Part shown: piece after piece, positions 1 through 10,720 of the stretch
Layout of the letters: every line of letters begins with the position of its first letter
How positions within the stretch are numbered: the stretch's first letter is position 1
Origin: a bacterium UBP13_UBA5359
Lineage (GTDB): Bacteria; UBP13; UBA5359
Reading direction: 5' to 3'
Assembly: GCA_002410925.1 (NCBI GenBank)
Contig: DHPR01000012.1
Span: 1-20,642 of the forward strand
DNA: 20,642 nt
The notes under the pieces: model-generated
What the model saw: only the letters and a program-made list of their open reading frames with translations
Told to the model about the DNA's origin: nothing
The model's database searches: none
Made by a program: the position numbers and the translations under genes

Positions 1-2402
1 CGCCCCCGCAAGGGGGGCGACGTTAAAGCGGCTGACCTGCTCAACAGGATAGCGGAGGTTTCAATCCACGCCCCCGCAAGGGGGGCGACCTGTTCAGCTC
101 GGGCTGGTAAGGCATACGAAAGGGGTTTCAATCCACGCCCCCGCAAGGGGGGCGACATCATCACAAACGGCAGATCACCGCTCTCCAAGGGGTTTCAATC
201 CACGCCCCCGCAAGGGGGGCGACTATTTCCCGCAGTAGATCTTGACGGGGCAACCTTGGTTTCAATCCACGCCCCCGCAAGGGGGGCGACGCAGTGGGCA
301 ACTACTTATGCAATACCGGCTGGAGTTTCAATCCACGCCCCCGCAAGGGGGGCGACGCTGACGTGTCGCCTCGTCGTAACCCAGGATGTCGTTTCAATCC
401 ACGCCCCCGCAAGGGGGGCGACCGTATATCAGTGGGTTGATGGCCTGAATATAAATGTTTCAATCCACGCCCCCGCAAGGGGGGCGACGTTCAAGAAGTT
501 GAACTTAATTAAGAAAGGATGGTGTTTCAATCCACGCCCCCGCAAGGGGGGCGACCCCTTTTTCATAGGCGTTATACGTTTGGCCGTTGGGTTTCAATCC
601 ACGCCCCCGCAAGGGGGGCGACAAGCTGGCATCTTCCCCTGCGTTGCCGTAGGCCAGTTTCAATCCACGCCCCCGCAAGGGGGGCGACCATAGCCCCAGC
701 CTGATATTGAACAAAAGTAATTGTTTCAATCCACGCCCCCGCAAGGGGGGCGACTGTTGCTAACATCATTAAGCAAAAGAAGGAACTTGTTTCAATCCAC
801 GCCCCCGCAAGGGGGGCGACAAAGCATCTTCAACATCACCCCTTATAGTCAAGGGTTTCAATCCACGCCCCCGCAAGGGGGGCGACGAGGAAGCAGCCAG
901 CGGTCATTGTTATTAATTATGTTTCAATCCACGCCCCCGCAAGGGGGGCGACGATTTAGCCTTGACTTGCCCCCGATACCCATTACGTTTCAATCCACGC
1001 CCCCGCAAGGGGGGCGACTTGCATCATCAAGGCATTCTCATCTCCACCGTGAATGTTTCAATCCACGCCCCCGCAAGGGGGGCGACGCGCCTTGAGCCGG
1101 AACATCAACAGGGTATCGCTGTTTCAATCCACGCCCCCGCAAGGGGGGCGACGGAATTACCCGGGCCCTTATTTTGGAGGAAAGATAGTTTCAATCCACG
1201 CCCCCGCAAGGGGGGCGACATATCGCGGTCATAGCCGGGCACTACGACCGGCTGTTTCAATCCACGCCCCCGCAAGGGGGGCGACACCGGAGTGGTCAGG
1301 GGCATGATCACTAAAGGCATGTTTCAATCCACGCCCCCGCAAGGGGGGCGACCGCCGTAACAACTCCCCTGAGAACCTGCGAGTAATGTTTCAATCCACG
1401 CCCCCGCAAGGGGGGCGACAATGATATTCTTTTGCTGCTTTAGTTCTTGGCCAGTTTCAATCCACGCCCCCGCAAGGGGGGCGACGTTCTGCGACACATG
1501 AGTGCCGAGATGCAGGAGCAGTTTCAATCCACGCCCCCGCAAGGGGGGCGACCACGCAAGCGGCTATTCGTGCGGGATACAGTCCTGTTTCAATCCACGC
1601 CCCCGCAAGGGGGGCGACTGTAAGTGGGGAGGAAGACGATTATTATTATGACGTTTCAATCCACGCCCCCGCAAGGGGGGCGACCAGAGGCCAGATATGA
1701 GGCTGCTCTTCAGAGCCGAGTTTCAATCCACGCCCCCGCAAGGGGGGCGACCCACAGTCCGGCGCTCGGTTTCGCTCATAGCGTCGTTTCAATCCACGCC
1801 CCCGCAAGGGGGGCGACCGGGGATATGGTGCCGTCCGAGGAGCGGATCATTGTTTCAATCCACGCCCCCGCAAGGGGGGCGACCTCATGATGGGAACGAA
1901 GGGGAGACCAAAAGAGTAGTTTCAATCCACGCCCCCGCAAGGGGGGCGACGAGAGCGTCTATAAGATATTGACCAATGATACGGGTTTCAATCCACGCCC
2001 CCGCAAGGGGGGCGACACCCTCCACAACTTCAAAGCGCTTAAACTTAGCAGGTTTCAATCCACGCCCCCGCAAGGGGGGCGACCTGCTTCTTCTGATGTA
2101 AGGCACCTTCCGGCTATAGTTTCAATCCACGCCCCCGCAAGGGGGGCGACTGTTCCAGTATTCACAGAGTGTAGGGACTACGTAGTTTCAATCCACGCCC
2201 CCGCAAGGGGGGCGACTTGCGAAGAAGAGGATTGAGGCTCAGGTCAACATGGTTTCAATCCACGCCCCCGCNNNNNNNNNNNNNNNNNNNNNNNNNNNNN
2301 NNNNNNNNNNNNNNNNNNNNNNNNNNNNNNNNNNNNNNNNNNNNNNNNNNNNNNNNNNNNNNNNNNNNNNNNNNNNNNNNACGCCCCCGCAAGGGGGGCG
2401 AC
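1..2402 (-). CRISPR. Type I-C CRISPR array, repeat GTCGCCCCCCTTGCGGGGGCGTGGATTGAAAC (32 nt, minus strand); 33 full and 3 partial repeats, 34 readable spacers of 34-36 nt; truncated by the left window edge
   Basis: GTTTCAATCCACGCCCCCGCAAGGGGGGCGAC recurs every 66-68 nt on + (58, 125, 192 ... 2185), with partial copies at 1-21, 2252-2271 and 2381-2402. The 7-bp stem CGCCCCC/GGGGGCG and ATTGAAAC 3' end are typical of I-C repeats. Orientation is taken from the GAAAC end and from the leader/cas2 position. Confidence 0.99.
2272..2380. other. Assembly gap (109 N) inside the array at its leader-proximal end
   Basis: Run of N flanked on both sides by partial repeats. Confidence 0.99.
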
Positions 2403-2569
2403 TCATGCTCCAGGAAAGCTCTTAAGCAAAAGCTCCTGAGCATGCTTTGCGCGAACCTGCTTTACAAACAGGCTGCATATAACCATATTCTACCTTAATT
2501 AATTAGAATTATCACTAATAAAGAGCATTGCGAACCTATCAAGTTTTCAATGTGCACTTGTACTTCGCG
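2403..2569 (-). promoter_or_regulatory. CRISPR leader
   Basis: AT-rich non-coding stretch between the cas2 stop and the first repeat. It holds two AGGTTCGC direct repeats (2451-2458, 2530-2537), an inverted partial copy (2563-2570) and a candidate -10 TAGAAT (2487-2492) with GTGATA 17 nt upstream. Confidence 0.85.
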
Positions 2570-2860
2570 CTAGACAAGCATTATGCCTTCAGGATCATAA
2601 GCCTGTTTCGCGCCGATATGTTCTACCCTGCTTTTCCAATTATTGCCAATATTGTAATAGCGCAAGCTGTCCTTTTCTGGGTCAATAATTGATTCAAGCC
2701 TCTTACGAAGCTCCAAAAATTGGACAGGGTCAACAAGACATTCAAAAACGGAATTTTGTACTCTCTGGCCGTAATTAAGGCATTGCTTGGCGACTTTACG
2801 CAATCGGCGCTTGCCATCGCTGGTCTCTGTGTTAACGTCATAAGTAATCAACATCATCAT
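2570..2860 (-). CDS. cas2: CRISPR-associated endoribonuclease Cas2
   Basis: 96 aa; LITYDV N-terminus, RLRKVAKQC and GQRVQNSVFEC motifs; directly downstream of cas1. Confidence 0.97.
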   Translation of the reverse strand: MMMLITYDVNTETSDGKRRLRKVAKQCLNYGQRVQNSVFECLVDPVQFLELRKRLESIIDPEKDSLRYYNIGNNWKSRVEHIGAKQAYDPEGIMLV

Positions 2861-2866
2861 CCTTCT

Positions 2867-3898
2867 TCACCTCACAAGAAACGGCGGATAGCCGTCAAGG
2901 TCGCCTCGCAGGTAACGTGCCAACAACAATGCCTGCGCATAGGGTATCAAACCGATGCTTATTTTCTCGCCAAGAAAAGGATGCACGATATTTTCCTGCT
3001 TTCTTTTTTGCCAGGCTGCAATAACCTCTTTTCTACTATCAGGCTTCATAAGGACAGCTCCAGATTCTTTTATTATAAAATCATCTATAGTTATCTGCCT
3101 GTTATTGATTAGCGTCAGGGTAAGCCGATCGACTAAATATGGGCGTAATTCCTCCATCAGGTCAAGAGCTAAGCTCTGTCTTCCAGGCCTATCACGATGC
3201 AAAAAACCCACTTGTGGATCAAGGCCGACGGACTCAAGAGCAGAAGCGCAGTCGCTTCCAAGGAGTGCATATAGAAATGATAAAAGTGCATTTATTGCAT
3301 CCAAGGGGGGACGACGGCTTCTACCTTTAAACTTGAAATCATCCTTCTGCTCGGTTATCAAATGATCGAAAACAGCATAATACACCCTGGCCGCATCACC
3401 TTCCAAGCCTCTAATAGCGTTGACAGTGTTGTATTTTTTTAAAGCCCTGCAATAACTCTGTATTAATACCGCAGCTGTTGTTACATCCTGACCTTCGTTT
3501 TTTTCTTTATGATCACGCATAAAGCGCATTAAAACACTGCGGCAATTCAATACCTTGCCGGTGACAAAGAACTTAGCCAGAGATGCTGTCTCCTCTTCAT
3601 CATCAGCAAGACGGTATTGCTTTCGGCGCAACAGTACATTTCCGGTAACTTTACCTGTAACTCTGCCCAGGAACCTACCGCTTTCACTCAGATAGCAAAG
3701 AGAGACTCCTCTATCACAACATAGTGACATTAAGGCAGGGCTTGTTCCCTTGTAATTAAAACAAACAATTGATTCAAGGTTATGAACAGGCACCCTGAAT
3801 TTGGTTTCGTTATCAACTTTGATAACTACGTTCTCTCCATCGCGTGAAAGATAGGAATCAGGTGAAGTAATGTAAAGCGTGTTTAGTAGTTTCTTCAA
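2867..3898 (-). CDS. cas1: CRISPR-associated integrase Cas1 (type I-C)
   Basis: 343 aa; MKKLLNTLYIT start, RGLEGDAARVYY, RSRRPPLDAINALLSFLY, GFLHRDRPGRQSLALDLMEELR. TTG start overlaps the cas4 stop. Confidence 0.98.
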   Translation of the reverse strand: MKKLLNTLYITSPDSYLSRDGENVVIKVDNETKFRVPVHNLESIVCFNYKGTSPALMSLCCDRGVSLCYLSESGRFLGRVTGKVTGNVLLRRKQYRLADDEEETASLAKFFVTGKVLNCRSVLMRFMRDHKEKNEGQDVTTAAVLIQSYCRALKKYNTVNAIRGLEGDAARVYYAVFDHLITEQKDDFKFKGRSRRPPLDAINALLSFLYALLGSDCASALESVGLDPQVGFLHRDRPGRQSLALDLMEELRPYLVDRLTLTLINNRQITIDDFIIKESGAVLMKPDSRKEVIAAWQKRKQENIVHPFLGEKISIGLIPYAQALLLARYLRGDLDGYPPFLVR

Positions 3899-4569
3899 GC
3901 TGTTTCCTCGCCTTTAAGAATTTCTTCCAGATATACTCTTACGTCTCTCTTCGAGGCTATTTCCGGCAGACAGAGGTCATGTATAGAGCAACTTTCACAA
4001 GCAGAGGTTTTTACGGGTATCGGTGTGATTCCTTTGTTGTAAAGTTCATGCATATAGAAAGACAGCTCTACGACACGCTGACGAAGCGTATCGTCGAGTT
4101 GCACCACCTGTCGGCGCCGTATCTTGCCATAAAAAAGGGCACCCTCGGCAACGCATACACCAAGCATCTCTTCCAGGCACATAGCCTGTGCGCAAAGCTG
4201 TACTATATCAAAATCATCCTTTTTAGGCTGGCCACGCTTATACTCCACAGGGTAGGGTTTCCACAGACCCTCCCTGCCTGCAAATGATATTCCTTTACAA
4301 TCGTCTTTATGAAATTCCACCACATCGGCAATACCGTAAAGACCCAACCTTCTGGAGAGTAAAGGAACCGAGCGTGAAATAAGCGATACCCCTCTGGCTT
4401 CAACGAAAAAAGGATCATCAGCCCGCTCATGCAACTCCCGCCCGCTGAAGGTAAACAAGTTCTCCTGCCACTGTTGCTCAATATGAATAAGCGCAAACTG
4501 GCGTGGACAAAAAGCTATATGCTGGATGCCGGAGAGCGCAAGGAGATCATCGTCGGAATAATTTGCCAT
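3895..4569 (-). CDS. cas4: CRISPR-associated exonuclease Cas4
   Basis: 224 aa; HIAFCPRQ plus C-terminal CESCSIHDLC (four Fe-S cysteines); RecB-like G-x-AD...VEYKRG and QLCAQAMCLEEM motifs. Confidence 0.96.
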   Translation of the reverse strand: MANYSDDDLLALSGIQHIAFCPRQFALIHIEQQWQENLFTFSGRELHERADDPFFVEARGVSLISRSVPLLSRRLGLYGIADVVEFHKDDCKGISFAGREGLWKPYPVEYKRGQPKKDDFDIVQLCAQAMCLEEMLGVCVAEGALFYGKIRRRQVVQLDDTLRQRVVELSFYMHELYNKGITPIPVKTSACESCSIHDLCLPEIASKRDVRVYLEEILKGEETA

Positions 4570-4576
4570 TGGTTAA

Positions 4577-5437
4577 TTAACGCCCCTCTAGTGTTTCCAT
4601 ACACAGGCTATCCAATTGCTGGACATCGATATCATAATCATCAATATCCTTTGGTTCTATTATACCATCCTTTACGGAAACTCTCAGCGAACGGTGTACT
4701 TTAGCGGAGGAATACTGTCCGTTGCGGCAATTGTGTATCCACCAATACACTTTATAAACTTCCATGCTACCTTCCGGCCTTGCAGAGGAAGCATCGTTCT
4801 CAAAAAGATTAACCAGAGCCTCTTTAATGGCGCCGGCATCAGCATCATTAAAACCGGTTTTATTTGCGAGCTGAGGGTTAATGCTTCCATAGAAAACATA
4901 TAGCCCATGATCGACACGGTGCTTCATGCCCATGGTATCGGAAGCTCTTTTGGTACCGTCGCCCTCGCCGCTTACACTTTTGGTTATCTGGATACTCGAT
5001 ATACTTACAGGGCTGACGCTGAAGGCAGAATGAATGGAAACAGGCCCGCGAATTCCAATAGAAACTCCTTTGTCCTCGCCTTTTCCACCTCCACTGAAGG
5101 CAAACACCTGCCCGAAAGCTCGCACGTCCAACCACTCAGTGCAGGCAGCATTACGAAACTGTTCTTCATTTTTAAGAACATCTTTCAATTCTCCCTCGGC
5201 TCTAGCGCGAAGGCTTCTGTAATCATCCACTCGATTATCGTCCGATTGAACAAAGATGGGGTAACCAAATTCCATTAAGCGATTCCTTATCTTACGCTTC
5301 AAACATACATCCGAGAGTTCACCAAACCCATCATAGTTTACCCTTGGTCGATTCCCGTTCAAAGGGTCTCCGTTAGGGTTGGCATTCTTTACACTCACAA
5401 TCACTGCGAAGTCGATCTTGTTGTTCAACGTTTCCAT
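4577..5437 (-). CDS. cas7c: Type I-C Cascade backbone Cas7c (Csd2)
   Basis: 286 aa; NANPNGDPLNGNRPR, SDVCLKRKIRN, DVRAFGQVF, TMGMKH, DASSARPEG; GGGAGG RBS upstream. Confidence 0.97.
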   Translation of the reverse strand: METLNNKIDFAVIVSVKNANPNGDPLNGNRPRVNYDGFGELSDVCLKRKIRNRLMEFGYPIFVQSDDNRVDDYRSLRARAEGELKDVLKNEEQFRNAACTEWLDVRAFGQVFAFSGGGKGEDKGVSIGIRGPVSIHSAFSVSPVSISSIQITKSVSGEGDGTKRASDTMGMKHRVDHGLYVFYGSINPQLANKTGFNDADAGAIKEALVNLFENDASSARPEGSMEVYKVYWWIHNCRNGQYSSAKVHRSLRVSVKDGIIEPKDIDDYDIDVQQLDSLCMETLEGR

Positions 5438-5509
5438 AATAAACCTCCCTATACAAAAACATTTTATAATTATAATTTTAGTGTCTTATAAGATCACTTT
5501 TCTTTATCG

Positions 5510-5875
5510 TTACTCTCCCTCACCACCCCTCTTCCAAAGAGCCTCGCGCTGACAGTGATACCCCAGCAAAAATTCACCGCTTAGCTTCTTGTCATTGGCA
5601 AAGTCGTCAGCTTCAAACATAGCCATAGTACTGGTCATTAGAGACTGTAACTTATGGGATTTGCGACCAAGCTTTGCCTTGTACGGCCCTAAGGACAATT
5701 CTAACGTTCGCCAGGTTGTGTAGGGATGCTCGGAAAACCGCTGCATCAACCTTGCTGCATTAGTTTGCCTGCTTTCCCCTGACTCCTTTAAAGCCCATTC
5801 CTCCAGGTTATCAGCCAACGCTAATAATCTGCCATACAAATAGTCCCTTGTTCTTCTGCTTTCGTCCAAAGCCAT
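5510..5875 (-). CDS. cas11c: Cas11c small subunit, translated in frame from an internal start in cas8c (121 aa, [19 protein letters not shown]...)
   Basis: AAAGGAGAG RBS (5882-5890) 6 nt before an in-frame ATG at 5875. Internal Cas11 translation from the cas8c 3' end is established for type I-C. Confidence 0.8.
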   Translation of the reverse strand: MALDESRRTRDYLYGRLLALADNLEEWALKESGESRQTNAARLMQRFSEHPYTTWRTLELSLGPYKAKLGRKSHKLQSLMTSTMAMFEADDFANDKKLSGEFLLGYHCQREALWKRGGEGE

Positions 5876-7399
5876 ATCGAACTCTCCTTTCCCATACAAC
5901 TTATTGTAAAGTGCGCAAGCAATGCTCAGCACTTTGCCCCATTCCCAATTCTCCATACCTATACGATTGCATGCTCTTCGCACAGATGACTCAACAATAT
6001 CCCTTGGTATCTGTTGCCCATCGATAATACAAGGAAGAATTCTTTCCACAGCCGCTTTCTTAAGTTTATCATCCAATCTGCTACCGTAAGCTGCTTCTGC
6101 TATATCGCTTGGCGAAGGAGCACCTATAAACCGCAAACGTATATTCTTTTTGCCCCCGGATTGGTTATCTATCACCTCTACATAACGATAATCATGAAAC
6201 CAGCAACACGCGTTGTGCCATTTCTCTATGCGCTCAAGGAACTCCGAGCCTTCCAGTTCGCGGTAAAATGTGATTGCCATTCGGCCGGGTGTAGCGGCAT
6301 CCAGACCCATAATTACAATACCTGCAGACTTACCCAGTTCCGCGCTGTATCCGGCAATTCTCTTATTCAACTTTAATGCAAACTCCTGGGCAGTTGATAC
6401 TTTTGTTTGCTCATTGCTTTGCATATGATCAAGCTTCAGTATCGCTAGGGAATCTGCCAATGGATCGGGTATATCCTTACCGGAAGTTGCCCAAGCTACA
6501 ACCGCATGGTCTCCCCTTCTATATCCTTGCTTGCTTATTAACCATCGGAGGGCATTGTGTGCTTTCTGTGTAACTTCAAATCCTACGCCACAAACTTGTT
6601 CCGCAGTTGCAAAACGTCCACGGAAAGTAAATCCTCTAACATCATTTGAAGATATTAGCTTTGCCTTGTCACCACTATTTCTTATTTTAGCCGGATGCTG
6701 GTCAGCCGCATAACTTTTTACGCCAGTAACGTAACAAAGGATTAAATTCTCCTTGATAGAGGAATAGTACTTTATCCAACAATCAAATAAACTTGGGTCA
6801 CTCCATACAGCGCTTTTAGGATCTCCGGAGGATTCTACAATCCAGCGGACAAAGACATCTGACTGGTCAGCGTTTACCACTACCTTAAATATTTCAGGAA
6901 CATCCTTATCAGAGGTCTTGTCCCACTTATTTAGCAGCTTCCCATCTTTACCAGCGAATAGTATGCCGTAATCTAAAAGATCCTTTATTACCTCCTCTCT
7001 TGCCAAGTACCTGAAAACCGCTTGTGCCTTTGGATGCGAATGGATGGACTCACACCATTCTCTTAATTGCTCCATGAACGATCCAAAGTATGGCTTTTTC
7101 TTACTGCCAAAGTTTTTATAATCCCCTGCAATGTACTGTAATTTGTCGCATAACGGATGAGGAGCTTCACCGCTAGTTCTACCCCCTGATTTCTCTGTGC
7201 AAGGGATAATAGTTCTGGCTTCATTTTTAGGAACCACTTTAGCGCGCAAAAAATTGCCCCTACTATCGATAGCTATCTCGATTTGCGCATTCTGTGTAGT
7301 ATGGCAGATTGGAAGAAGCAGTGATTTCTCGTCAAGCCCAATGCCAATCATGGAATGGCAATTTTCATAAGTTTCGTAAAGCTTCTGTATCCAGCTCAT
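5510..7399 (-). CDS. cas8c: Type I-C Cascade large subunit Cas8c (Csd1)
   Basis: 629 aa; [12 protein letters not shown] start, [43 protein letters not shown] and FLLGYHCQ; lies between cas5c and cas7c. Confidence 0.95.
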   Translation of the reverse strand: MSWIQKLYETYENCHSMIGIGLDEKSLLLPICHTTQNAQIEIAIDSRGNFLRAKVVPKNEARTIIPCTEKSGGRTSGEAPHPLCDKLQYIAGDYKNFGSKKKPYFGSFMEQLREWCESIHSHPKAQAVFRYLAREEVIKDLLDYGILFAGKDGKLLNKWDKTSDKDVPEIFKVVVNADQSDVFVRWIVESSGDPKSAVWSDPSLFDCWIKYYSSIKENLILCYVTGVKSYAADQHPAKIRNSGDKAKLISSNDVRGFTFRGRFATAEQVCGVGFEVTQKAHNALRWLISKQGYRRGDHAVVAWATSGKDIPDPLADSLAILKLDHMQSNEQTKVSTAQEFALKLNKRIAGYSAELGKSAGIVIMGLDAATPGRMAITFYRELEGSEFLERIEKWHNACCWFHDYRYVEVIDNQSGGKKNIRLRFIGAPSPSDIAEAAYGSRLDDKLKKAAVERILPCIIDGQQIPRDIVESSVRRACNRIGMENWEWGKVLSIACALYNKLYGKGEFDMALDESRRTRDYLYGRLLALADNLEEWALKESGESRQTNAARLMQRFSEHPYTTWRTLELSLGPYKAKLGRKSHKLQSLMTSTMAMFEADDFANDKKLSGEFLLGYHCQREALWKRGGEGE

Positions 7400-8115
7400 T
7401 TGATAGCCTCCACCTCAAAATAATCATGCAGTATCTCATCTTCATTCAAGCCGTTAGAAACTATTCTTGCGGGAGTCATCGTTTTAACAAATTTTTTGAT
7501 ATCACAATCCACAGGATGAATAAAATTAATAACGCCATTTGCCATGTTAGGACGCCAAAACCTTGAATATAGTTCATTGTTTCCTGATTCATCAGGATAA
7601 TCAAAACCATGGAACATCAAACCAAACTCCAGCTCCCCATAGCCATCATAAAACCCCTTATCCTCTCCAAAGCGGCAAGGCTCTACATATCCCTGGCACT
7701 CACGAGCGCCCAAAAAGATATCTCTTCTACCGCCACGCTCAACCATTCTCTTGGCTATAAAAAAGTGCTTGTTTTCATTTCGATCTTTAGCCATATCCTT
7801 CCGATTTAAATTCCATACAAAGTGCGCCTGAACCTGATACTCTACATCGGCAAGATAGGTATAAATAGATAATGAGTTGCCCCCATTGTAATTAATCGGC
7901 TTAGCGCTTTTACTTTGTGTCTTTATTGCCTTCATAATTCGAACCTTGTCTATAACCCATATAATAGTCGGCTTCCAGTATATAGACTCCGCTATCCCTT
8001 TCAGCGCTTGGTAAGTGGGCACTTGATAGGAGCATTTTTCTCCACCCACCTTCGTTAATGGATCGGTAAATAAAGCATATTTCCCATAAACTTTAAACTC
8101 AATTTTATTTTCCAT
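7396..8115 (-). CDS. cas5c: Type I-C Cas5c (Cas5d), crRNA-processing subunit
   Basis: [47 protein letters not shown]. Start placed at ATG 8115 because AGGAGGT lies about 9 nt upstream (the ORF track starts at GTG 8124). Confidence 0.95.
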   Translation of the reverse strand: MENKIEFKVYGKYALFTDPLTKVGGEKCSYQVPTYQALKGIAESIYWKPTIIWVIDKVRIMKAIKTQSKSAKPINYNGGNSLSIYTYLADVEYQVQAHFVWNLNRKDMAKDRNENKHFFIAKRMVERGGRRDIFLGARECQGYVEPCRFGEDKGFYDGYGELEFGLMFHGFDYPDESGNNELYSRFWRPNMANGVINFIHPVDCDIKKFVKTMTPARIVSNGLNEDEILHDYFEVEAIK

Positions 8116-8129
8116 TTTGCGCACACCTC

Positions 8130-10625
8130 CTAATAATCGAGCACAGCCATGTCGTTAATCTCGGTATAACTTAAACCATAATCATCAGAATAGTATCGTT
8201 CGTCGAGATGGAATATACCGATACCTTTCTGAACTTCACAAAGAGCCCCATTCTTTACAAGAAGGTTTAAAGCATCCGGATATACGTTTACCGAGTACAG
8301 CTGCGCCTCTTTGAGAAGACGATATTGTTTTTCCAGATTAGCCGCGCTACAAAGATCAGATATAATCCTACAACCTTCATCGCCATACGGTACAATAACA
8401 CCTTGGGTAAAAGAATCAATTGCATGAAAAACCTTCGATGCAGCCATAAAGGATTGTAATAGCACCGTTTCGGGACGAAAGCGGTCATTTACTCTTTGAT
8501 AGGCTGTTAAAGAACCTGCATTTGTTGATAGTAAGTTGAATAGCTTATCCGATCTGCCGATCAGTGAACTACTACTAACGGGATAATCCATTATATCGAA
8601 TCTCTCATAGAAGTAATATCTATAATATCTCTCCATCGCTTCAATGCCCAGCAAGTTGCCGCCAAATTGTTCTGGGTCAGTATTAAATTCTCCAAGAATA
8701 CGCTCTGTTTTTTCTTTACCAATCTTTATATCGTTTAACCTCTCGAGGTTTTCTTTTGCAGAGTTGATGATTATAACCCTTCCTAGAGATGACCTCTCCC
8801 CGTTACGATTGCATCGGCCGGCAGCCTGGGCAATGGAGTCAAGTCCCGCAAGATAGCGAATGACGGTACCAAAATCAATGTCGATACCTGCTTCAATTAA
8901 CTGCGTACTGATGCAGATAACCGGCTTTGTATAAGGCAAGCATTTCTTAACGTTATTCAGCTCTTCCATACGGTGAGCCGGGCACATGTTCGTGCTCAAA
9001 TGATAAATTTCAGCCTCGGGATATTGTTGGAGCTGCTGAAAAAGAACAGCCGCCTCTTTTTTAGTGTTCACAACGATTAGTACGCTGCTCGAAATGGATA
9101 ACTCCTCTTTGGCCAGTTCGACCACTTCGTCAGTCATCCAACCCTCATTCTTTCTTCTATCGTAAACTTCTACCCTTTTAAGCTCCTTAAATAATCTTTG
9201 TGCATCAGGTATTATCTGCTGCTCAGAAGTTATTTGCAATGCTCGCTGCAAAGGGATAACTTTGTTCAATAATGGCTGAGTAGCAGTACAAAGAATCACT
9301 GTTGAACCACAACTTTTGATTAAAAAACGAACCGCCATGTTGAACAGATGCACACACTGCACAGGAAGAGTTTGTACTTCGTCAAATATAATAACAGCAT
9401 CTGCCAGCTGATGCATCCTTCTCGCGCTTCGAGTGCCGTAGCCGAATAATGTCTCAAGGAACTGAACCATAGTAGTGAAAATTACCGGAGCATCCCAGTT
9501 CTCAGACAATATCCTTTGGCGAGCGGTCTCCCGCTCCGGCGTTAAGTTGGAATGATGTTCCAGCATAATACGGCTGTTTTGTTCGCCGCCATCATCCAAT
9601 GCTTGCCTGATGACAGCAGCGTTCTGATCAATAATTGAAGTGTAAGGAATTACATATATAATTCTATCCATCCCATGTTTATCCGCATGGTTCAAAGCAA
9701 AACGCAAACTGGAAAGGGTCTTCCCTCCGCCAGTTGGTACAGTTAACTGGTAAAGACCTTTTGGTTTATGTGCGAACTTCAGGCACTGCTCAGATACATA
9801 TGAACGCAAAGCTGCAATAGCATTCTTGCGGTCAATTTCGCTTATGTACCGTTCCAACTTCTCGGCTAACCTTGACCAAGATGGATAATCCCCTTTGTTA
9901 CGAAGCACAGCTCTTTGAGGCAGTTCAAAGTCAGCGGTACTAAGCCTATCCGCATCTATGAGACAACTAAAAAGAAACCTGACCCAGAGTCCCACTTTAA
10001 ACATAAAGGTATCTGTAGTATCGCCGTTTTCCTGTAATAGGCAAAGTCCCTGATTAATATCATCTACAATTTTGTTGTCGCATAATAGGTCTCTTACTAT
10101 TTGCGACAAGCTGCGGTCCAAATTTATTAATGCTTCCCCGACCCTTGTTTTCTCTTCTGATTTATTTATACGCCTAGAGTAATTATCAATCCCCTCAGGA
10201 GTTAGGCAATCAATAAGCCCGGAATGATGAGATACTATGATTAACGAGAGAATCTGCGCCGCCCATACGCTTTCATTGCCTTTTGCTGATAAGTTGCGAT
10301 ATATTACCTGTGCTCCCGCACTGGAATGATCCAGCTTACCTTTTTTCTCAGTGGCATCCACGTAGTCGTCTTCATCCGGGCCAATTAAACCGACTGCCGA
10401 TTTAATATACCGATCGAACTCAAAGCTTGCTTTTCCTAAATCATGAAGCAAGCCGATTAATTGCCCGTGTTTCTCAAGACCGATTTTGGCAGCAAACTTT
10501 CCTGCCCAAAAGGACGTCTCTTTTAGATGTTCCCATAAACATTGTTCTTTTCCATCAATTTCGCGACGATGCGCAATGAATTTCGAGCAGCTATCGTTTT
10601 TTTCTTTATATGGCTTACGCGACAC
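8130..10625 (-). CDS. cas3: Cas3 HD nuclease / SF2 helicase
   Basis: HD domain (EHLKET, LLHDLGK, HHSGL, DADRL), Walker [24 protein letters not shown]. Start placed at GTG 10625, downstream of an AAGGAG RBS (the ORF track extends to 10664). Confidence 0.96.
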   Translation of the reverse strand: MSRKPYKEKNDSCSKFIAHRREIDGKEQCLWEHLKETSFWAGKFAAKIGLEKHGQLIGLLHDLGKASFEFDRYIKSAVGLIGPDEDDYVDATEKKGKLDHSSAGAQVIYRNLSAKGNESVWAAQILSLIIVSHHSGLIDCLTPEGIDNYSRRINKSEEKTRVGEALINLDRSLSQIVRDLLCDNKIVDDINQGLCLLQENGDTTDTFMFKVGLWVRFLFSCLIDADRLSTADFELPQRAVLRNKGDYPSWSRLAEKLERYISEIDRKNAIAALRSYVSEQCLKFAHKPKGLYQLTVPTGGGKTLSSLRFALNHADKHGMDRIIYVIPYTSIIDQNAAVIRQALDDGGEQNSRIMLEHHSNLTPERETARQRILSENWDAPVIFTTMVQFLETLFGYGTRSARRMHQLADAVIIFDEVQTLPVQCVHLFNMAVRFLIKSCGSTVILCTATQPLLNKVIPLQRALQITSEQQIIPDAQRLFKELKRVEVYDRRKNEGWMTDEVVELAKEELSISSSVLIVVNTKKEAAVLFQQLQQYPEAEIYHLSTNMCPAHRMEELNNVKKCLPYTKPVICISTQLIEAGIDIDFGTVIRYLAGLDSIAQAAGRCNRNGERSSLGRVIIINSAKENLERLNDIKIGKEKTERILGEFNTDPEQFGGNLLGIEAMERYYRYYFYERFDIMDYPVSSSSLIGRSDKLFNLLSTNAGSLTAYQRVNDRFRPETVLLQSFMAASKVFHAIDSFTQGVIVPYGDEGCRIISDLCSAANLEKQYRLLKEAQLYSVNVYPDALNLLVKNGALCEVQKGIGIFHLDERYYSDDYGLSYTEINDMAVLDY

Positions 10626-10720
10626 AATAAGTATCTCCTTACTTATATGGCAATATACAAGCAATAATAACGTCTACCATGCAAGCGATTACACTGAATA
10701 TCCTTGCTTATTATTTCTTC

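Noticed and set aside
821-854. Spacer with partial resemblance to the cas3 promoter region (10710-10743), suggesting crRNA-guided autoregulation
   Set aside because: Only about 18/34 ungapped matches, mismatches at the seed end and no TTC PAM; consistent with chance.
22-2251. Self-targeting spacers against genes in this window
   Set aside because: No convincing match seen by eye; an exhaustive alignment was not possible, so this is not excluded.
256-2498. Many ORFs on both strands with repeating VSIHAPARGAT, FQSTPPQGGR or VAPLAGAWIET peptides
   Set aside because: These are translations of the CRISPR repeat, not genes.
2570-10625. Absence of cas6
   Set aside because: Normal for type I-C, where Cas5c processes the pre-crRNA.
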